A DNA stretch of 60,352 bases, filler included, from Nitrospinae bacterium RIFCSPLOWO2_12_FULL_45_22 (GTDB lineage Bacteria > 2-12-FULL-45-22), in NCBI GenBank assembly GCA_001803565.1. It is 8 parts of 8 records of this genome, joined end to end, with 100 filler letters (N's around TTAATTAATTAA, not from the genome) between each part and the next. Parts side by side here need not be neighbours in the genome. Positions count along the whole stretch, not along the records: positions 28,696 to 33,757 come from MHDQ01000187.1; positions 33,858 to 38,956 come from MHDQ01000188.1; positions 39,057 to 50,035 come from MHDQ01000190.1; 5 more parts are not named here. The stretch is one strand, 5' to 3'. The notes beneath the pieces are model-generated. The model saw only the letters and a program-made list of their open reading frames with translations, was not told where the DNA came from and searched no databases. The position numbers and the translations under genes were made by a program. Shown in pieces: positions 29,981 through 40,352 of this stretch (its first letter is position 1; every line of letters begins with the position of its first letter).

Positions 29981-31390
29981 TCACTCAGCAGTATTATCTT
30001 CAACAATCTCTTCCTTTTTCAGCAGACCATACAATTTGCACTTCTCCCAAAGGGTTTTTCTCGATATGCCAAGGAGTTTTGAAGCAAGTGTCTTGTTGCC
30101 TTTAGTCTCTTCCAGTACTTTTGATACATACTGTTTCTCAAAAAGAGACATGGCAGTCGGAAGGGGTTCTGAATAACTGAGCCTCTCACCCACTTTACTT
30201 CCTTCACGGCAGATAGTACACATATCTTCAGGGAGGTCCCATGGTTGTATCTCTTTATCTCTTGATAAGGTCAAGGCCCTTTTAACTGCATTCTCAAGTT
30301 CTCTTATATTACCCGGGTAGTCATACTTTAGAATAAATTCCCGTGCCTCTATTGATATTCCCCTCATTGGTTTATTCATATGCTTTGAGTACATATTCAG
30401 AAAATGCTCTGTTAGCAGTAAAATATCCTCCTTGCGATCCCTTAAAGCAGGAAGATGAACAGGCACAACATTCAGCCGGTAATAAAGATCCTCACGGAAA
30501 CTGCCTTTCTGTACCTCTTTTTTAAGGTCCCTTTGAGTTGCTCCTATAATCCTTACATCCACATTTATTGTACTCGTGCCTCCAAGTCTTTCAAACTCAC
30601 GCCCCTGAAGCACCCTTAATAGTTTGACCTGAACCGTCTGGTTAATCTCTCCGATTTCATCAAGGAAGAGAGTACCCTTGTGGGCAAGCTCAAACCTCCC
30701 CTTCTTCTGCTTCAGGGCTCCGGTAAATGCACCTCTCTCATGACCAAACAACTCTGCCTCAAGAAGCGTTTCAGGCAGCGCGGCACAGCTCACTTTAATG
30801 AACGCCTCATTTTTCCTCGGACTATTATAGTGGATAGCATTTGCAACAAGCTCCTTGCCTGTGCCGCTTTCTCCGGTAATGAGCACCGTTGTATCCGTAG
30901 GCGCTATTATCTCTATCTTCTCAAATATATCTTTCATCTTATCGCTCTTACCGATAATTCCGCTGAATTCATACCTCTCCTCTATCTTTTCTTTCAGGTA
31001 TATATTCTCGTCTTCAAGGTCTCTCAATGCAATCAGCCTTTTTACTGTCAGGATAAACTCATCCATAGAAAACGGCTTTGTTATATAGTCGTATGCACCT
31101 ATCTTCATAGCCTCAACGGCAGTATCCACTGATCCATATGCGGTGATCATCAACACCTTTGTGCGCGGAGAGATCTGTTTGCACGACTTCAATATCTGGA
31201 CTCCGTCCACTTCCGGAAGTCTCAGGTCAGTTATCACAACATCATAAGAGTTATTCTTAATTGACTTTAATCCTTCACCACCGGTTTCCGCACTCATGAC
31301 GTTGTATCCTTCAACCTTAAGAGCGTCACTTATTGAGATCCTCATCAGCGGTTCATCATCTATAATTAATATATCCGGTATCTTGTGCAT
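29981..31390 (-). CDS. Sigma-54-dependent response regulator (NtrC/AtoC family)
   Basis: Receiver domain (DD, DLRLP, KPF), [20 protein letters not shown], Fis-type HTH. Confidence 0.95.
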   Translation of the reverse strand: MHKIPDILIIDDEPLMRISISDALKVEGYNVMSAETGGEGLKSIKNNSYDVVITDLRLPEVDGVQILKSCKQISPRTKVLMITAYGSVDTAVEAMKIGAYDYITKPFSMDEFILTVKRLIALRDLEDENIYLKEKIEERYEFSGIIGKSDKMKDIFEKIEIIAPTDTTVLITGESGTGKELVANAIHYNSPRKNEAFIKVSCAALPETLLEAELFGHERGAFTGALKQKKGRFELAHKGTLFLDEIGEINQTVQVKLLRVLQGREFERLGGTSTINVDVRIIGATQRDLKKEVQKGSFREDLYYRLNVVPVHLPALRDRKEDILLLTEHFLNMYSKHMNKPMRGISIEAREFILKYDYPGNIRELENAVKRALTLSRDKEIQPWDLPEDMCTICREGSKVGERLSYSEPLPTAMSLFEKQYVSKVLEETKGNKTLASKLLGISRKTLWEKCKLYGLLKKEEIVEDNTAE

Positions 31391-31402
31391 TGTGATATTC
31401 CT

Positions 31403-33757
31403 TTACGCCTCCTTCAACGGCAGCCTGATCGTGAATGTTGTCCCCTTCCCCTCTTCGCTCTTTACGTCTATCTTCCCTGAGTGTTTCTCAACTATACCAA
31501 GACTTACTGCAAGGCCGAGCCCGGTTCCCTTTCCAACATCCTTAGTTGTAAAAAACGGATCAAATATCCTTGGCATTATCTGTGGCGGTATCCCTGAGCC
31601 ATTATCAGAAACAGCGATACAGCACCAGTTGTTGTCGGCATATGTCCTGACTATTACCTCCCCCTCACCCTTGACTGCCTGAACCGCATTCAGCAACATA
31701 TTCATAACTACCTGTCCTATCTTATGCTGATCCATCATTACTCTTTGCATGTTTAAACCAAGCTCTTTTCTTAGATGGATACCATTCTTCGTTACTGCAT
31801 AACTCATCAGAGACAGGACATCTTCAACAAGGTTATTTACATCCACAGCTAAAAGCCTCGGTTCATGCTGCTGTGCAAAATCAAGAAGCTGTTCAACAGT
31901 TCTCTGAACACGCTGGATTCCATCCTCCATGGACTTCATATATATCACTTCACGCTCCTTTGGCAGGAGCTTATTACGTATATTATACAGACAATTCATA
32001 ATCCCGCCAATGGGGTTATTGATCTCATGTGCAATTCCTGCAGCCAACTGGCCTATAGCAGACATCTTCTCCGCCTGAGCAACCTGCTGTTCCAGTCTGT
32101 TCCTTTCAGTAATATCATTTGCAATTACCAGCACCCCCGCCATCTTTTCATCTCCGCTTCTAAGAGGTGAAATACTGAGAACCGCATATTTTACACCCCC
32201 GGAATTATCTATAATTTCTACCTCATATGTCTGTCTTATCCCCTCTGCTACGGTCTTTCTTAACCTCTCGCCTTTATGCTTCTTCGACAGTATAGCCAGG
32301 AATGAACTTCCAACAAGATCTTCCTTCTTATAACCCCACTCTTCTACCTTTTTATTAACATAAGTAATCAGTCCGGCAGGGTTAAGTGTGAAAATAACGT
32401 CGTTTGCGCCTTCAAGGAGGTTTTCAAGATAATCCTTGGTCTCCCTCAACTCCCTGGTCCTGTCTGATACCCTCTGTTCAAGGATGTCATGATATTCACG
32501 CAGATGCCTTTCCAATCTCTTCCTGTCAGTAATATCGCGGACAAATGCCCTTGTCTTTATGAATTGACCGGTTATCGGATGGTAAAGGGCAGTGGCGGAT
32601 ATCTCAACTTCTATTTTTTTACCATCCTTTGTAATAAATTGTAACTCGACCCGGCCTTTGCCTTCTTTAATCACCCGACCTACATGCTTTTTTACACGCT
32701 CCCTGAGTTCTTCCGGAACTATATCCTCCAGCCTCTTATTTCGCATCTCCTCAATCGTGTAACCAAGGGTATTAAGTTCCGTCTTGTTAACCCCTACAAA
32801 ATATCTTTCAGCATTAACAGAATGAATCATCTCAGGAGAATTTTCGATGAGATCCTTATACCTCTCCTCAGATGTCTCAAGTTCCTTATTCCTCTCCTCA
32901 AGAGTAGTATAAGTCTTCTTTAACTCTTCTGCCATTTTATTGAACTCATCCGCCAGTTTTTCTATCTCATCACCTGTCTTAACATAAAGACGGTGGTCAA
33001 GTTTACCCTGGCCTATAAGTTCTACACCACGGTACAGCTCATTAATAGGTTTAACAATATCTCCTGCAGCATAGACGGCTGTAAGGGCAAGAAACACTAT
33101 GAGCACAAAGGCAAATATAGTAACGCGCGCGAGTAAAGAATATATGGGTGCATACATCTCACTGGGGCTCTGTCTCAGAAAGACATACCATTTGTTTCCG
33201 TCAAGCCATCCAAGTTCCGGGTTTATTGTCGCAAGTACCGGGGCAAAACCAACAATAGAGTCTTTACCGCCATGGGCATCATCTTTTGCAACCCCCCATC
33301 CCGGATTAACGCGTGTTACGAGTTTGACAAGATCATGGCTTATATGATGGCTGCGCAGAGGAAATATAGGACACATGATAATTGTACCTGCAGAATCTAC
33401 AAGGTTTGCATGTCCTGTCTTACCGATTCTTACATTATTTATAATCTCGAGGAGGCTATCTACTGTATACCTGATTGCAACAACGCCGATTGCCTTACCA
33501 TTATCCATGACGGGGGCCGCTATGTTCATCAGATACTTGCCGGTTTTATTATCAAGATTTAAATCACCGACGTAGACCTTGCCCGCACCATTGTTGAAGG
33601 CAACATTAAACCAGCGCTCACTTTTGAAATTACCGCTTCCACCCTCGTTTATGCCGGCAACATAATCAGCACTCCTGTCAACAATTAAAAGGCTGTGAAC
33701 TTCCTTTTCATCATAACTCCTGAATTCCCTGAGATAATTATTCAGTTCACCTCTGCC
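31403..33757 (-). CDS. Sensor histidine kinase (Cache-HAMP-PAS-PAS-HisKA-HATPase), 5' truncated
   Basis: Frame open to the contig edge; DEIEKLADEFNKM (HAMP), two PAS domains, AHEINNP, DNGSG, FFTTK..G.GTGLGL. Confidence 0.95.
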   Translation of the reverse strand, partial: GRGELNNYLREFRSYDEKEVHSLLIVDRSADYVAGINEGGSGNFKSERWFNVAFNNGAGKVYVGDLNLDNKTGKYLMNIAAPVMDNGKAIGVVAIRYTVDSLLEIINNVRIGKTGHANLVDSAGTIIMCPIFPLRSHHISHDLVKLVTRVNPGWGVAKDDAHGGKDSIVGFAPVLATINPELGWLDGNKWYVFLRQSPSEMYAPIYSLLARVTIFAFVLIVFLALTAVYAAGDIVKPINELYRGVELIGQGKLDHRLYVKTGDEIEKLADEFNKMAEELKKTYTTLEERNKELETSEERYKDLIENSPEMIHSVNAERYFVGVNKTELNTLGYTIEEMRNKRLEDIVPEELRERVKKHVGRVIKEGKGRVELQFITKDGKKIEVEISATALYHPITGQFIKTRAFVRDITDRKRLERHLREYHDILEQRVSDRTRELRETKDYLENLLEGANDVIFTLNPAGLITYVNKKVEEWGYKKEDLVGSSFLAILSKKHKGERLRKTVAEGIRQTYEVEIIDNSGGVKYAVLSISPLRSGDEKMAGVLVIANDITERNRLEQQVAQAEKMSAIGQLAAGIAHEINNPIGGIMNCLYNIRNKLLPKEREVIYMKSMEDGIQRVQRTVEQLLDFAQQHEPRLLAVDVNNLVEDVLSLMSYAVTKNGIHLRKELGLNMQRVMMDQHKIGQVVMNMLLNAVQAVKGEGEVIVRTYADNNWCCIAVSDNGSGIPPQIMPRIFDPFFTTKDVGKGTGLGLAVSLGIVEKHSGKIDVKSEEGKGTTFTIRLPLKEA

Positions 33758-33960
33758 NNNNNNNNNNNNNNNNNNNNNNNNNNNNNNNNNNNNNNNNNNN
33801 NTTAATTAATTAANNNNNNNNNNNNNNNNNNNNNNNNNNNNNNNNNNNNNNNNNNNNGATGATTTTCTGGGTAATTTTTATTAGACATGTAGCCTCCTCA
33901 ATACTAATGATTTTATATCAAATTTTTACGTGAGTAAAGCAGATAGGCAGTTGAGCTAAT

Positions 33961-34503
33961 TTATCCCTTCAGTTGTTTCTTTATCTTTTCCCATTCCTCT
34001 AAAACATCCCATTCTTTGGTCCAAAAGTCTAAATATTCCTCCTCAGGGATCAATCCGAGCCTTCTTATCCTTTCAATAATAGAATCTATATCCCAGAGGT
34101 CTTTTTGCCGATGGGCGATTAGCTTATGAATCAACAGATCCTCCAAAGAGATCACAGGAACCTTTATCCCTTCCACTTCTTCCCAGGTCTTCCTTTTAAC
34201 CACTAGATGTTGGTAAGGGATCTTGCATATAATCAGGTGGATAGGTATTGATCCTTTATCACATAAGAGCATATCAGGATCAGATTCGGGAATAAGTTTT
34301 ATCTTAAATCCATTCCTCTCTAGAATCTTTATTAGATCTTGGGTTGAGATGGTTTCCAGGATAACCAGGATGTCTAAGTCTGCTGTGAATCGTGGCTCCA
34401 TCCGGTAAAAGTTTGCAGCAAATGCCCCGATTATAGCATAATCTATTCCATCCGCTTCAAATATGTGATGGAGTCCTTTAATGATCTGTAGTATTGACTC
34501 CAT
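33961..34503 (-). CDS. Nucleotidyltransferase family protein
   Basis: YAIIGAFA...PRFTADLDILV, SLEDLLIHKLIAHRQKDLWD. Confidence 0.8.
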   Translation of the reverse strand: MESILQIIKGLHHIFEADGIDYAIIGAFAANFYRMEPRFTADLDILVILETISTQDLIKILERNGFKIKLIPESDPDMLLCDKGSIPIHLIICKIPYQHLVVKRKTWEEVEGIKVPVISLEDLLIHKLIAHRQKDLWDIDSIIERIRRLGLIPEEEYLDFWTKEWDVLEEWEKIKKQLKG

Positions 34504-34681
34504 GGAGCCTCCTCCATCGGTTGAAAAACTCCAAATGGGTATATATATCTGCTTCTTCTAGTTTTTTCATGATTTCAGAAGGGTTTATACCGTCTCTTTT
34601 CAGTCCGGCTTCAAAGAAGGCATTTCCTAATTCAAAGAGTTCCCAGGTAGTTTTTATAATTCCAGTGGAATTTGGTTCCAT
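34478..34681 (-). CDS. Small hypothetical protein, likely partner of the nucleotidyltransferase
   Basis: 67 aa, overlaps the NTase start in a TA-like arrangement. Confidence 0.55.
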   Translation of the reverse strand: MEPNSTGIIKTTWELFELGNAFFEAGLKRDGINPSEIMKKLEEADIYTHLEFFNRWRRLHGVNTTDH

Positions 34682-34722
34682 GAATTTAACCCGAAAAATG
34701 CGGATAAGCTCCTATCGGTAAG

Positions 34723-34854
34723 CTATAAATCTTTATTTTTTGTTAGCTTCTCTATGATTTTCTTGGCCAGGGTATGAAACTCCTTAGCTATTGAAAGGGC
34801 CACGAAGCCCTCACTAAGTCTCAGCCTGTACTTTGCTTCTTCGCTTGAATCCAT
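34723..34854 (-). pseudogene. HEPN-domain protein remnant (internal deletion)
   Basis: MDSSEEAKYRLRLSEGF joined to ALSIAKEFHTLAKKII; only first- and last-helix-like segments remain; lies directly after an MNT gene. Confidence 0.5.
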
Positions 34855-34859
34855 AAGCG

Positions 34860-35230
34860 CCACTCCAGTCTATGCCCCAGCCTGGTTCGGGTTGCTCTTC
34901 CCATATCCAGATGAAGGAGCCAAATCTTTTTATCCCGTTAGAGAAAGCCGCCGATTAAAATCGGCGGTTACTACCGCTTACTGTCTTGGCATATAAAGAG
35001 ACTTGAAAAGGGAGTTCTTTAGGGATCATCTTCCTCAAGAAGATCTGCCTCTCAAAGAGGTGCTCGGGGAGGTCTTGTGCCAGGATAAAGATATCCCCAT
35101 CGCTCCTCCCTGATCCCTCGCCTCTGGCCCGGGAGCCAAACAGGATGAGGCAGATAAGCCCTTCTCCTAATAGTGCAAGAAAGGCCTTTATTAACGGTTC
35201 AAAGATTGAGTTAATGGCTTCCCTTTCCAT
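34860..35230 (-). pseudogene. Minimal nucleotidyltransferase (MNT), apparently disrupted
   Basis: LILFGSRARG...SDGDIF motif; stops at 34955, while a W-rich tail (IWIWEEQPEPGWGIDW) continues in another frame. Confidence 0.65.
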
Positions 35231-35254
35231 ATTCTATGGTGAAAATGTCTTATG

Positions 35255-37753
35255 TTAAAAATTCTCTTTGTATAGTTGCTTATCGAACTCTCCATATTGA
35301 TAGATATCTACTCCATATATGCATATCTCCCATTTATCAGTCTTCAAAACCTGTTTACAAGACAAAATCTCCTTTTTAATCTCTCGGATAATATCATTTT
35401 TAATAATCTCCTGGGTATCAGGCGGATTAGGTGGGTCCCATTTAACATCCTTCCGAAGCTCAATGGCTATCCTGAATCTAAATAGCAAAGGAATGCTCAA
35501 TTCGACATCAATCTTCTTACTATTTATTGGGTTAACCAACCGGAAAAATACGGCATTGACCCGGTTATGTAAATCAAAGTGTCTTTCCTGGATCATCTTG
35601 AATATGATCTTGTTGCAGCAAGAAAGCCATTCTGTAAGAATGAGATAATATTGTTTTTCTTTTCCGTTGGCTTTATTCTCTTCAACCCATACCCTCTGAA
35701 CCACACCAAGAAGGGCTGACTCGAGATCTCTCAAGCCACTTTCCATCTTTTTCTTATTCCCATAGTCAAAGATTAAGTTAATTTCTCTAAACTTATTGAA
35801 ATTCTTATCCTCCATTTTTATCCAGGGAAGGATACGGTAATCCAAAATATCCTTTACTTCTTTTCTTCTTTGGCTGGTTTTATTAATACAATCTGAAATC
35901 CTCCCACCCTTATTCTTTTTAAGCCCTTCATAAATATGCCATATGCCATCGAACCACTTCTTTAAAGCCACCCAGTTCATCAGATCTTTAGAATCCATAT
36001 GTTGAATAGAATATTGCATCATAGAAGACAACCTCTGGAGCGTTTTCATTTCAGTGTCGATCTCTCGTTCAGTTAATTCTATCCGCCTCCGCCGGTATTC
36101 TTCATCTATCACCCGTTCTCTCTGGTTGTCACAGGCATCAATAATTCGCTGAAGTGCGGTAATCAGCTCCATCCTAAGGTATTGTCCTGAGTTAATTAGA
36201 AATTGATTATTTAGTTCCTTAATGGGATGGTCTATCTCTTTCCAGTGATAGAATCTTTGGGGCAATTCAGAGGTCTTAATCAGGGGCATCTTTCTGCGGT
36301 GGTAGCGATAGGCAGCGATGATGGCATTAATATATGGCTCTTTATTGTTGCTTATATCTTTACCACTAAATCCTATTGTCTCCGTCTTTTCTCCCTTCTT
36401 AACCTTTTCCAAGTCTCCCATTACTGCATAATAGGCAAGCTCGTGATGTAGATCCCGATTAAAGGAAGGAAATGAGGTAATATCTACTTTTTTTGTCTTT
36501 CTAGTGTCATCTTCATTCCACTCAAAGTTGATTTCCCTACCCGAATGCCCAATGTCATGAATCCATAAGGTGTAAAGGAGGACATAAATCTCCTCCGGAG
36601 ACAGAAAGTCTTTAAAGGGATATTCTTTAGCCTGATTTCTATTCACTTCAAAAGTTTGCATGGGCTTTATTAGCTGAACAGCCATCTCAAGGAGCCGCTG
36701 GCAGTGTCCTCTAGCATGATCCACAGTCTCAGGGATGTTATCACCAAGCCAGATATACTGGGTATCAGCAAATCTTTTCTCAAGATCTTCTTTTAGTGGA
36801 TGACCCTCAGGGAATAGGGTTAGTGCCACTGCCCCACTTCCAAATCGGGTCAGTTTTGTTCTTGATTCCTCCCATCGCTTCTCAAGAATATCTTTAATAG
36901 GTAAGGCTGTATATCTTTTCTGCGATGGGTCTTCTATAAAGAGGTGCTGTAGTCTCAGGGGCAGGGACTCCAGCAACCCTTTTGCTTTGTCCTTATCTAT
37001 ATGAGGTAGGGCATAGATAATAGAACGGTATTCATTTCGGCCAATAATATCAAAATCCACAGGGAGTAATGGCAAGTCTATAATATTTGGTGATTGCTCA
37101 TATAGATATTTTATCTTCACGCCCTCGTAACACATCCCTATGATGGAGGTATAAGGGATGAGACCTTTGTAGCCCCCAGTAATATTGATGATGAATTCGT
37201 GGCCTTTGTGTTCTTCCTTTTCCAAGTAGAAAGTGATAGAAGAGATGAGATTCTGGATACCTTCGGTTTGGAATCTATCAGCTTTCTTTACCTCAATCCC
37301 TTTTAAGAGTCCACCGCAAGGATGTTCTTCCATACAGTTTCCCAAGGAAGATTGGGTAATATAATTTTTCAGTACGAGAAAACAGAAGGCCCCTTCAGGG
37401 GTATCAGAAAAGAGTAGGACAATTTTATCCTGGTTAACTTTAGAACACCCGATCTTCCAGAGGCTGGCTACCTCAGCAGGGGCAAAAAGGCGGTGATTTT
37501 CGATTGTTGAGTTCAGTTTAGCTTTCAATAGACTTACAACTTCATTTACTTTACCCGAGTAGGAGTCCTGAAAATTCTTTAATGCCAGTTCAGTAGGCCA
37601 ATTCGTAAACGGGTTTTTTAAGTATTTTGCAATATCTTTTCCTCTGGAGTATAAAGGGTTAGGTTCATTATCAATATGCTCGCTTACTAATTTCTCCAGG
37701 AGGGATGTACCTACTGTGGTAAAGATAAGTTTTGGAGGTATGTCCATATCCAT
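35255..37753 (-). CDS. CRISPR-associated CARF (APE2256/Crn1-like) fused to an HD phosphohydrolase domain
   Basis: CARF: TTVGTSLL, AEVASL, SDTPEG, NITGGYKGLIPY, YLYE, LPLLP. HD: ETVDHARGH, WIHDIGH, HH, YHR, IIDACD. 7 bp downstream of a RAMP gene. Confidence 0.85.
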   Translation of the reverse strand: MDMDIPPKLIFTTVGTSLLEKLVSEHIDNEPNPLYSRGKDIAKYLKNPFTNWPTELALKNFQDSYSGKVNEVVSLLKAKLNSTIENHRLFAPAEVASLWKIGCSKVNQDKIVLLFSDTPEGAFCFLVLKNYITQSSLGNCMEEHPCGGLLKGIEVKKADRFQTEGIQNLISSITFYLEKEEHKGHEFIINITGGYKGLIPYTSIIGMCYEGVKIKYLYEQSPNIIDLPLLPVDFDIIGRNEYRSIIYALPHIDKDKAKGLLESLPLRLQHLFIEDPSQKRYTALPIKDILEKRWEESRTKLTRFGSGAVALTLFPEGHPLKEDLEKRFADTQYIWLGDNIPETVDHARGHCQRLLEMAVQLIKPMQTFEVNRNQAKEYPFKDFLSPEEIYVLLYTLWIHDIGHSGREINFEWNEDDTRKTKKVDITSFPSFNRDLHHELAYYAVMGDLEKVKKGEKTETIGFSGKDISNNKEPYINAIIAAYRYHRRKMPLIKTSELPQRFYHWKEIDHPIKELNNQFLINSGQYLRMELITALQRIIDACDNQRERVIDEEYRRRRIELTEREIDTEMKTLQRLSSMMQYSIQHMDSKDLMNWVALKKWFDGIWHIYEGLKKNKGGRISDCINKTSQRRKEVKDILDYRILPWIKMEDKNFNKFREINLIFDYGNKKKMESGLRDLESALLGVVQRVWVEENKANGKEKQYYLILTEWLSCCNKIIFKMIQERHFDLHNRVNAVFFRLVNPINSKKIDVELSIPLLFRFRIAIELRKDVKWDPPNPPDTQEIIKNDIIREIKKEILSCKQVLKTDKWEICIYGVDIYQYGEFDKQLYKENF

Positions 37754-37760
37754 CCTTCCT

Positions 37761-38920
37761 TTATTCGTGCAGTTTGTAGGTATTAGTCTCTACTTCCTGA
37801 GCAGTAGGCAGGGGGTGTTCACAAATGGGTTTTCCATAGTGTGAGCAAGTTTTTATCGTGCAATTGGCGGTATAATTAAAAAAGCTGGGGCGATCCGGAT
37901 ACTTGATGGGAAGTCCATGATTTATAGGGGGATAGTTCAGGATAGCCCTCAAATCTTCCCAGGCATCAGTATGAAATGAATTTTTGGCATTCTTAAGCTT
38001 ATTTATGAAGTAACTAACCTCTGTGCTATCTGCTCCCTTTTTGCCTTTGTATCTATCGAACATATTGATATTTTTAAAACCCTTTTCATCAAACTCTATC
38101 TTTATTGTCCCAAGGCCCAGTGGCTTTCCCAGTCCAATCTTATGGCACATGCTGTCATCAAGCCTCAGGGATAAAAGGAGAAGGCCAAGTTCTTCATCAG
38201 AGAGGTTTTCATAGGTTACAGGAAAAGAAAGATTACCAGAGACGAGGAGTTCAATAGCATCGCAACCGGGAAAATACTGGGTCTTTATGGCTTCGTTATC
38301 TGGAGGTCTATGGTAATAGAATTTTCTTCCTCGTAAATTCCCATTATGATTGAGGTAAAAGCTTTCGTGGTGGGGCTTGGGGCTGGACAGGGCATGGTCT
38401 CTCAAGAACCTTCGCTCAAGGCTTCCATTCTCTATCTTTATATCGGAAAAAGAGACCTTTCCCCCAAAGCCTTCCTGTCCTTCCTGTCCTTCACCAACGG
38501 ATTTATTAGATGTCCCAAAGAGTCTACAGCAAATGCAGAGACCCTTTTTTTCATCTCTTAGATAGCATCCATCATTTTTGCTTTCATCTGGAATACCATA
38601 AGAGAAATTAACCTTATACCTTCTTCTTTCCCTTTCTATTTCCCAGCTATTCCCACTGGGTGAATTATAGTTTGTTTTCTGAACATTCTGACCAACATTT
38701 TGCCACTGGGAATTAGGGATAGCGTTAAAGGCGGCTATAAGAGTTCTGTTTTGGATATCATCTCTGTATTCCGCTGAAAACATGGAGAAGCAAGCACTGG
38801 AAATGGCCTCAGCTATGGATCTGATCATGCCTTTTACAGTAGAGCCAGGTATGAAAGGGAGACCATCATGGTTCCTGCTGAACCTCTTGTAAAAGACAAA
38901 TTGGGGGGTTGGGTTTGGGG
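37761..38920 (-). CDS. cas7: Type III CRISPR RAMP protein (Cas7 with insertion, III-D/TIGR03986-like), 5' truncated
   Basis: PFIPGSTVKGMIRSIAEAISSAC, LCICCRLFG, GKVSFSD, LRGRKFYYH, G-rich loop HKIGLGKPLGLG. Confidence 0.9.
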
Positions 38921-39138
38921 TTTACAAGAGGTTCAGCAGGAACCATGATGGTCTCCNNNNNNNNNNNNNNNNNNNNNNNNNNNNNNNNNNNNNNNNNNNN
39001 TTAATTAATTAANNNNNNNNNNNNNNNNNNNNNNNNNNNNNNNNNNNNNNNNNNNNTCATTCTATTAACGGTTTCAACAACAATTTCAAACAGTATATGT
39101 GAAAAACTATGGTGTAGCATCATCGGCTCCTTTTGGAA

Positions 39139-39217
39139 GCATAACGTCAGCCATGAGGCGCTCAGGGAGACGCGTTCGGCGCGGGTTCCTGAGTCGCACT
39201 CGATGGCTTTGTTCGAT
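39139..39217 (-). mobile_element. Integron attC site
   Basis: Minus strand ATCGAAC-AAAGCCATCGAGTGCG...CGCCTCATGGCTGAC-GTTATGC, a 79-bp imperfect hairpin 4 bp after the gene stop. Confidence 0.8.
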
Positions 39218-39221
39218 TCTC

Positions 39222-39755
39222 CTATGTCGGCAACTGTCCGACTGCAATGGGTAGTGACGTTTTCCCATAGAGCAAGTTTACGACGCCTCTGCGGATGAGT
39301 AGCTGCTCTAATTCGATATCCGCGTGCCCTTGAGGGGCATAGAAACCCTTCTTGAGTTGGACACGGTCAAAATCGTGGCCCAGGCACTGTCCCATCACAA
39401 CAAGAAGGTCGGCAAGGCAATCATCTGTCTTGCTATTCCACGTTTTTTGTTTTGCCTTGTAGTCCGGGTCCGTATAGTCCCTCGGAGCGTTGTACAGGTG
39501 GTCCAGATATACCTTCCACGCGTTGAGGACCTTCTTTTCCTTTGTTTTCTTTGTGTTGAATTCAAGGTCTATCATGTTCAGAGCTTCCACATAGGCTGGA
39601 GAAAGGCGAGATCCTCTTGTTGCCATGAGTGTCTTGAATATCAGCAACTTCCTGTTTCGTCCTTCTCTCCATTTCTCTATTCCTTTCTGAACCTGGACAG
39701 CTATGACCGGGCTCAGCAGGACGGCAAGTATCATCAACCAATCAGCTATGCTCAT
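39222..39755 (-). CDS. Cassette-borne hypothetical protein (DUF6680-like)
   Basis: N-terminal TM (AVLLSPVIAVQV), IFKTLMATR, ALNMIDLEF, Y.PQGH; bounded by GTTCGAT (39778-39784) and attC. Confidence 0.7.
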   Translation of the reverse strand: MSIADWLMILAVLLSPVIAVQVQKGIEKWREGRNRKLLIFKTLMATRGSRLSPAYVEALNMIDLEFNTKKTKEKKVLNAWKVYLDHLYNAPRDYTDPDYKAKQKTWNSKTDDCLADLLVVMGQCLGHDFDRVQLKKGFYAPQGHADIELEQLLIRRGVVNLLYGKTSLPIAVGQLPT

Positions 39756-40100
39756 TCTTCTGTCTCCTCCTCATGGAATCGAACAATTAATAGACGAAGT
39801 ACTTAATTTTAGATTTTTTCCTTTGCCTTATCATAATTTGCAAATACATACAAAGGAAAAAAGCCCGTAGCAGAAAGAAGATTTCTTTACCTCTATTCAT
39901 AATTATTTTATAATAGCAGCATTTAAGAAATTCGTATAATATACTTTTTCCATTTTAGGGCCGCTAAATTATTCTTATCGAACGGAACGTTCATATCTGG
40001 CTTGGGCCAAAAGGTTCTATTATTATACTTCGAATCTAAAAAAGAGAGGTATCCTGTCAGCAAGCAGTTTTTCGACTTCTTTGGGTCTACGCATTGTTTA

Positions 40101-40352
40101 TCAACCGTTGTAAAGTTCTCCCAATTCTTCGGTAAAATCTAATGGCTTGACTTCTAGCTCCCCGGCCTCGGTCTTTAGCAGCACCTCTACTTTTCTTTCC
40201 GCTTCTTCCAACTTTTTTATACACCACCGGGACAGCTTTATCCCTTCTTCAAACACTTCTAAAGATTCGTCCAGGGAAAGGTCTCCACCTTCTAATCGCT
40301 TGACTAATTCCTCCAGGCGGCTCATAGCCTCTTCAAATCTTGGCTCGGTCAT
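40101..40352 (-). CDS. xseB: Exodeoxyribonuclease VII small subunit
   Basis: FEEAMSRLEELVKRLEGGDLSLDESLEVFEEG. Confidence 0.95.
   Translation of the reverse strand: MTEPRFEEAMSRLEELVKRLEGGDLSLDESLEVFEEGIKLSRWCIKKLEEAERKVEVLLKTEAGELEVKPLDFTEELGELYNG

Noticed and set aside
38858-38956. Perfect 36-bp inverted repeat at the 5' end of cas7, of CRISPR-repeat-like length
   Set aside because: One arm is cas7 coding sequence (YKRFSRNHDGL) and the other ends exactly at the contig edge, which is typical of a fold-back chimera artefact. The arms are inverted, not direct repeats with spacers.
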